This document shows positions 59,655-64,000 of a DNA stretch of 64,000 nucleotides, piece by piece (position 1 is the first letter of the stretch; each line of letters begins with the position of its first letter). Both the position numbers and the translations under genes were made by a program. Source of the DNA: Theionarchaea archaeon (GTDB lineage: Archaea; Methanobacteriota_B; Thermococci; Methanofastidiosales; SZ-28-30); assembly GCA_018992685.1 (NCBI GenBank), contig JACVGT010000013.1, forward strand, positions 1-64,000, in the 5' to 3' direction. The notes below the pieces were generated by a model. It did not search any database. It worked only from the letters and a program-made list of their open reading frames with translations, and had not been told where the DNA came from.

Positions 59655-60854
59655 ATGAGTTCCATCCTGAATGTACTGCAATGCGTTGACGAGCCCGCCT
59701 GGATGAAGAGTCCGGTAGAAACGCAAGAAAAGATACTTGAGGACATTGTCCACAGAAATAGGAATACTCGATTCGGAAGAGAGTATCTATTTAGAGAGAT
59801 TAGAAGTACAGAAGATTACAGAAAATGCGTTCCTCTTTCTATGTACTGTGATATTGAACCATATGTACAGAGGATGGTGTATGGGGAAAAGGATGCTTTG
59901 GTCATGGAGCAGGCCACAGCATGGATCGAGTCTGTGAGACTCGACAGAAAATCACGGTTGATTCCATACACTCAGGACATGGCTGGTGGATTCAGGGATG
60001 CATATCTGAGGTTGTTTGCCTCCAGAACAGAAGATTGGGCGTACGTTTCGGGAAAGGTGATTGCTGGATTGGAACATCCCATCCACATGGTAGGGGGAAA
60101 TCCAGCAGGAGACATACTTGCTCTGGGAAGCAGCACGCTGAGATCAACGCCAGTCTTGGGAAAGGTAATCACTCCTCGGCTGACAGAATCTGATGCTGAT
60201 TGGGAAAAACGGTGGAAGAAGGCTGCTCAACAGGTTTCAAGACAGAATGTAATTTCTGCTATTGTTGATCCAGTTCTCTTTCTGAAATTCCTGCGGATGA
60301 TTCAATCCAACAGCGGAGTGGCTGACATTCGTCAATTGTGGCCTGATTTCTCCTTGGTAATGACGACAGTAAACACAAGGCCTTTTGAGAACGTGCTTCA
60401 ATCTCTTCTGGGTCATGTGGAGTTCAGGAGGCTATTCTGTACTGATGAGGTTGTCGTAGCCGTCCAGCTGGATGAAAAAGGTGTGGTGCCCTTGCTTGAC
60501 CACTGCTATCTTGAGTTCATTCCTTTGAAGCAGTGGAGAGATATGGAACTTGAAGGAGGAACCTACAGGGAATACGGATTTGACATTGAGACTATCGACA
60601 CTGCTGTTTCAGGAGAAGAATATGTTTTAGTCGTTACTACATCTGGGCTGTACCGGTATATCTCTGGAGACATTGTCACTATGGTTGATAGTCTGCACAT
60701 GGAACCAACTGGGTTCATTGACGAATGGGCAGTTCTTCCTGAACTCGCGCAGCAAATCGTACTACTGAGGGAAGTGGCACGAGACACATCTCGGACAGAA
60801 CATCAGCTGGTGGCTGTGGAATCTGAACCCATGAGATTTCTGTTCAAAATCTGA
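59655..60854 (+). CDS. GH3 (acyl-acid amido synthetase)-like protein, degenerate and truncated
   Basis: QEKIL..I...N.NT.FGREY.F..I....DYR..VPL..Y, LEFIP, GEEY.LV.TT.GLYRY..GDIV; GAGGTG RBS. Confidence 0.75.
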   Translation: MSSILNVLQCVDEPAWMKSPVETQEKILEDIVHRNRNTRFGREYLFREIRSTEDYRKCVPLSMYCDIEPYVQRMVYGEKDALVMEQATAWIESVRLDRKSRLIPYTQDMAGGFRDAYLRLFASRTEDWAYVSGKVIAGLEHPIHMVGGNPAGDILALGSSTLRSTPVLGKVITPRLTESDADWEKRWKKAAQQVSRQNVISAIVDPVLFLKFLRMIQSNSGVADIRQLWPDFSLVMTTVNTRPFENVLQSLLGHVEFRRLFCTDEVVVAVQLDEKGVVPLLDHCYLEFIPLKQWRDMELEGGTYREYGFDIETIDTAVSGEEYVLVVTTSGLYRYISGDIVTMVDSLHMEPTGFIDEWAVLPELAQQIVLLREVARDTSRTEHQLVAVESEPMRFLFKI

Positions 60855-61139
60855 ACCTGGTAGGAGTACGAACCTCGGAGTGTGACATGCAAGGGGAAGG
60901 GGACTGGTTCCATGAGAGACTGTACGGTTCCCGTGAATATGGACACTTTGTGACTGATAGAATCCTCGAAAGAATCCTGTGGTCAATCCCACGATACATG
61001 GACGGTTCAACTTCTGGCTCATGCATTCTCTTTTTCCACAAGATCTGAAGAGAGTTTCATGAATATCGGCTAGTCCGTACCCCTACCTCCACTAGTTCTT
61101 GTGTTCTATGTACAATCTCAGTGAAAGCAATCTGTTCAA

Positions 61140-61240
61140 AAAAGGAATGAAAGAGTGGGATTGAGAACAAGACGAAGGAGGTGAAATCCATGGAAGTGGT
61201 AACTTGTTTTCTTCCCACTCTTTGGAGTTGTTACTCCGCA
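61140..61240 (-). ncRNA. Candidate sRNA copy 1 (hairpin with anti-SD loop); ends approximate
   Basis: 11-bp outer stem (61150-61160/61213-61223) plus inner AACAAG/CTTGTT stem; minus-strand TTTAAAAA box at 61259-61266; U tract downstream. Confidence 0.55.
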
Positions 61241-61469
61241 TATTCTTTGTCATGTCCCTTTTTAAACTTTTGCAGTATTCGATACCCGTCACATCGTACT
61301 GATTTGTGTAGTTTTTACTCTAATCAGGAGGGAGCACAAAATTACCATCCAGAAAAGTGCAACTAGTATTCTTTTATCTGGAAAACATTCGTGAGAAGAA
61401 GGATTGAGAAGAGTGGGATTAAATAAACAAGACGAAGGAGGTGAAATCCATGGAAGTGGTAACTTGTTT
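61166..61469. repeat. 44-bp perfect direct repeat (61166-61209 and 61426-61469), period 260 bp
   Basis: AACAAGACGAAGGAGGTGAAATCCATGGAAGTGGTAACTTGTTT occurs twice, each flanked by AGAGTGGG and CCCACTCT. Confidence 0.97.
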
Positions 61470-61497
61470 ACCCACTCTCCTCAGTGTTTAACTACAA
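61395..61497 (-). ncRNA. Candidate sRNA copy 2 (hairpin with anti-SD loop); ends approximate
   Basis: 13-bp outer stem (61405-61417/61471-61483) plus 8-bp inner stem; minus-strand CTTAAAAA box at 61518-61525; pyrimidine tract downstream. Confidence 0.55.
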
Positions 61498-61720
61498 TGG
61501 CACATTAGTGCCACTCCTTTTTAAGTCTTTGTAATGCTAATGTAATCAAATTTTCGGAATTAAAAAATATGACCTATTTTATGGTTCCAAGTGCACATTA
61601 TTTCTCAATTAGACTTTTTATTTAGATAACTCTATCTCAAAGCGATTTCCCTATTCCTGATTCGCATATTGATCTGTGCAGGCTAATTCATTCCTGACCA
61701 GTACGTGAGATTTACGCATT

Positions 61721-62251
61721 CTATTCCTGGACAAAGTGCCATTCACACCATACATCTCCTGAATGCTCGTCAGGGGGACAGCGCACGCAGACACACGTGA
61801 TATGAGGGTTGATTTCTCTTACAAAATTGGAGAGGTAGTTGTATCTCACCTGTTTGCAGGGGAACTCTGGAAATCCTTTCTTTAACCGAGTTAACTGTGT
61901 CTTGCAATTGAGGATCCTCAGAATGCCTGTACCATTTTCCACGGTGATGATTTTCTCCTGTTGATCAAGTGCCCAGCTCGTGGTCTGCAGAGCTCTCATG
62001 AGAGTCTCAACAGAAGGGTCTTGCAGGTTCAAGATACGCTTGAGGGCTTTTGCTTCAAGAGTTCCCATGGCATTCCACACTTCGGCATCAATTTCTGCAG
62101 CAGCCTCTGTCCCAAACCGGTTCTCAATACCCAGAAAGTACAACCCATCTACTCTCCAGATGTTCCTGTTATTGAACATCATAATCTCAATGAGCTTATC
62201 CCTAGGCAATGCTTCCAACATGTCTCTGTCTTCGTCACTGATGTACGACAT
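61721..62251 (-). CDS. DUF6125-like (V4R/ATC-hydrolase-like fold) Cys-containing protein
   Basis: W.VDGLYFL.IE..FG.E.A..ID..VW, C..Q..R..KG..EFPCK, C..CPPD.H....WCEW.F; GGTGA RBS. Confidence 0.72.
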   Translation of the reverse strand: MSYISDEDRDMLEALPRDKLIEIMMFNNRNIWRVDGLYFLGIENRFGTEAAAEIDAEVWNAMGTLEAKALKRILNLQDPSVETLMRALQTTSWALDQQEKIITVENGTGILRILNCKTQLTRLKKGFPEFPCKQVRYNYLSNFVREINPHITCVCVRCPPDEHSGDVWCEWHFVQE

Positions 62252-62333
62252 TGAGTCACCGAATCTGGCTTCACTCTTCACCATATAAGTGTTACCCTCC
62301 AAACCAGAGTATGAAGGTCGCTCAAAGAGCCAC

Positions 62334-63641
62334 TCACACCCCCCCACAGGCTGTGGCAAGGGTTCTCCATTGTGGAAACCTCTTTGGGTTTTTTGGATAT
62401 CGACTGTAAACAGCCCTTAGGATACCCATCTTGCCGAGAGCACAGGCCAATTTGAAGAGGAGGGAAGGGGTTTTTGCTGCATTAGCGGCTGTGGTAAGGA
62501 TGTCAGTCAACGTAAAGGAGGGTTCTTTTTCCTCCAGCTGAGACAAGACTTCATCAGTGATGACATTCTGCAACAAGGATTGGAGTTCTTTGCTGGTAAG
62601 AGACACCATGAAGTCTCTTAAAGGCAGTGATGATCCAAGAAGCGCACCGTATCTCTGCATGAAATCATAGTTGTACTTCCACAATACCTCCAGAGAGGTG
62701 TCTTTGCTGTGGATGGCCTCTGCTGCCGTTGTAGCTGCCATGTGGCCTGCAGTGAAGGCAGGTGCTATTCCTTCTCCTGTCAAGGGATTCGTGTGCCTGG
62801 CAGCATCACCACAGGCCAAGAGACCTGGAGCCACCATGGAAGGAAGAGAACCTCCAAGGGGGAGAGCACCATAGCCTGCTTGGGTTTTCTCCTTGATTTT
62901 GAATCGTGTGTGTTCGTGGAGCGCCTGAGCCACTGCCTTTCTGAAATGGGTACTGCGCTGTTCCATCCCTCCAGCACCCACGTTCAATTCATAGGTTCCC
63001 TTGGGAAAGAACCAGAAATACCCTGAAGGCACGAAGGAATTGTCAAAAACGATGGTTGCGTATTCCTGAGATATTGCCTCTTCCAGGATGATGTTCTCCT
63101 TATATCCCAATCCGATACGTGATGGGCTGCCGCGCCCACGTCTGAGCTCCCTACTGAGGACAGAGAAAACCCCACTACAATCCATGGTCAATGTCCCAAG
63201 GTAGGACGCATCATGAGTCTTAACACCATGTACTTCATTTTTCCCAACAGACCCCCGTACGACTCCTTGGTGAAGTTCTGCTCCTCTTCTGAGAAGCTCC
63301 TTTACCATGGTCTGCCCAAACTGCCATCTGTCTATAGTGCATAGAGGGTCGGTCACCCGAACGATGCCATGGTCACCGTCCATAAGTCCAGAAAAGGTGC
63401 AGACTTGCAGGCCTTTCAAAGGATAATGATCAACAGAAATCTGAAATTCATTCTTGAGCCATTTCACGATCCTCATGGGCATGAGTTCTCCACAAATCTT
63501 TCTGCCGACAAATTCTCTCCCTTTACGTTCTATGATACAGATGGTGAGATCCTCTCTCAGTGCTGTTAGGCCTGCAGCTGCTCCTGCAATTCCGCAGCCA
63601 ACAATAACGAGATCATAGGGAGCAATCGTCATATCACTCAT
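62334..63641 (-). CDS. Geranylgeranyl reductase-family FAD oxidoreductase (DGGGPL reductase-like)
   Basis: YDLVIVGCGIAG, KICGE, IDR..F, GYFWFFPKG (YxWxFP), GDAA...NPLTGEGI. Confidence 0.87.
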   Translation of the reverse strand: MSDMTIAPYDLVIVGCGIAGAAAGLTALREDLTICIIERKGREFVGRKICGELMPMRIVKWLKNEFQISVDHYPLKGLQVCTFSGLMDGDHGIVRVTDPLCTIDRWQFGQTMVKELLRRGAELHQGVVRGSVGKNEVHGVKTHDASYLGTLTMDCSGVFSVLSRELRRGRGSPSRIGLGYKENIILEEAISQEYATIVFDNSFVPSGYFWFFPKGTYELNVGAGGMEQRSTHFRKAVAQALHEHTRFKIKEKTQAGYGALPLGGSLPSMVAPGLLACGDAARHTNPLTGEGIAPAFTAGHMAATTAAEAIHSKDTSLEVLWKYNYDFMQRYGALLGSSLPLRDFMVSLTSKELQSLLQNVITDEVLSQLEEKEPSFTLTDILTTAANAAKTPSLLFKLACALGKMGILRAVYSRYPKNPKRFPQWRTLATACGGV

Positions 63642-64000
63642 GATTAAGGAATTGTTGTTTAAGAATCTTATCATTTAGTAATCATGGCTTGTAGAATCTT
63701 TAACTTAATTGACGGTTCTCTCTAAATTCTTCATTCGATGCAAAAAGCGCTACACGAAAGTTCTAAGATCGTTGTAAACTTTTCACGACATTTTGATTGA
63801 GGAATGTTTTCAGCCTGCAAAAGCTCTCACCCCGCTAGATCATTCTCCCATCCGGATTGTCAGTCCGTGGGCTGCAGAAACCGGCGGAGGATGTTGAGAG
63901 GCCGAACCTCGAGACTCGCTTTCTGAGCATCATCCAATGCTCAGTGCGCAGTGCAAAAGATTTATTACAGGATGCGTAATAGACTGTGGAGGTTACAGTA

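Noticed and set aside
61172-61202. GGAGGTGAAATCC resembles the SSU rRNA 690 loop or a cobalamin riboswitch T-loop
   Set aside because: The match is too short and the other conserved elements are absent; SD complementarity explains it more simply
60762-61366. Short ORFs 60762-61022, 60844-61041 and 61092-61292
   Set aside because: No recognisable motifs or convincing RBS, and they overlap other features; not called as CDS
61166-61469. 44-bp direct repeat as a mini CRISPR array
   Set aside because: Only two units, a 216-nt spacer, no cas genes, and similarity extends into paired flanking stems
348-63569. Numerous 60-230 aa ORFs antisense to or nested within the called genes
   Set aside because: Shadow ORFs of well-supported CDS with no motifs of their own

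Overview
Gene-dense archaeal chromosomal segment. Archaeal markers are TFB, a short tRNA-splicing endonuclease, tetraether lipid synthase, a geranylgeranyl reductase-family protein, TATA/BRE promoters and U-tract terminators. It probably comes from an anaerobic peptide-using euryarchaeote; a Theionarchaea-like origin is a guess only. About 58 CDS are supported. I found no rRNA, tRNA, CRISPR array or transposase. Main points of interest: (1) two paralogous non-coding hairpin elements at 61.15-61.53 kb, each with its own minus-strand TATA box and an identical 31-nt loop carrying an anti-Shine-Dalgarno and anti-start sequence, which may be an undescribed sRNA family; (2) a complete bacterial-type bacillithiol cluster bshC-bshB1-bshA led by a stand-alone TrmB-like effector domain; (3) tes overlapped by a GbsR/MarR-type regulator with a palindromic operator; (4) a PIN-GNAT-EVE plus ASCH module; (5) a 1997-aa surface protein; (6) several motif-degenerate proteins (HEPN, ABC ATPase, GH3). 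All calls come from motif recognition by eye; no searches or folding programs were run.
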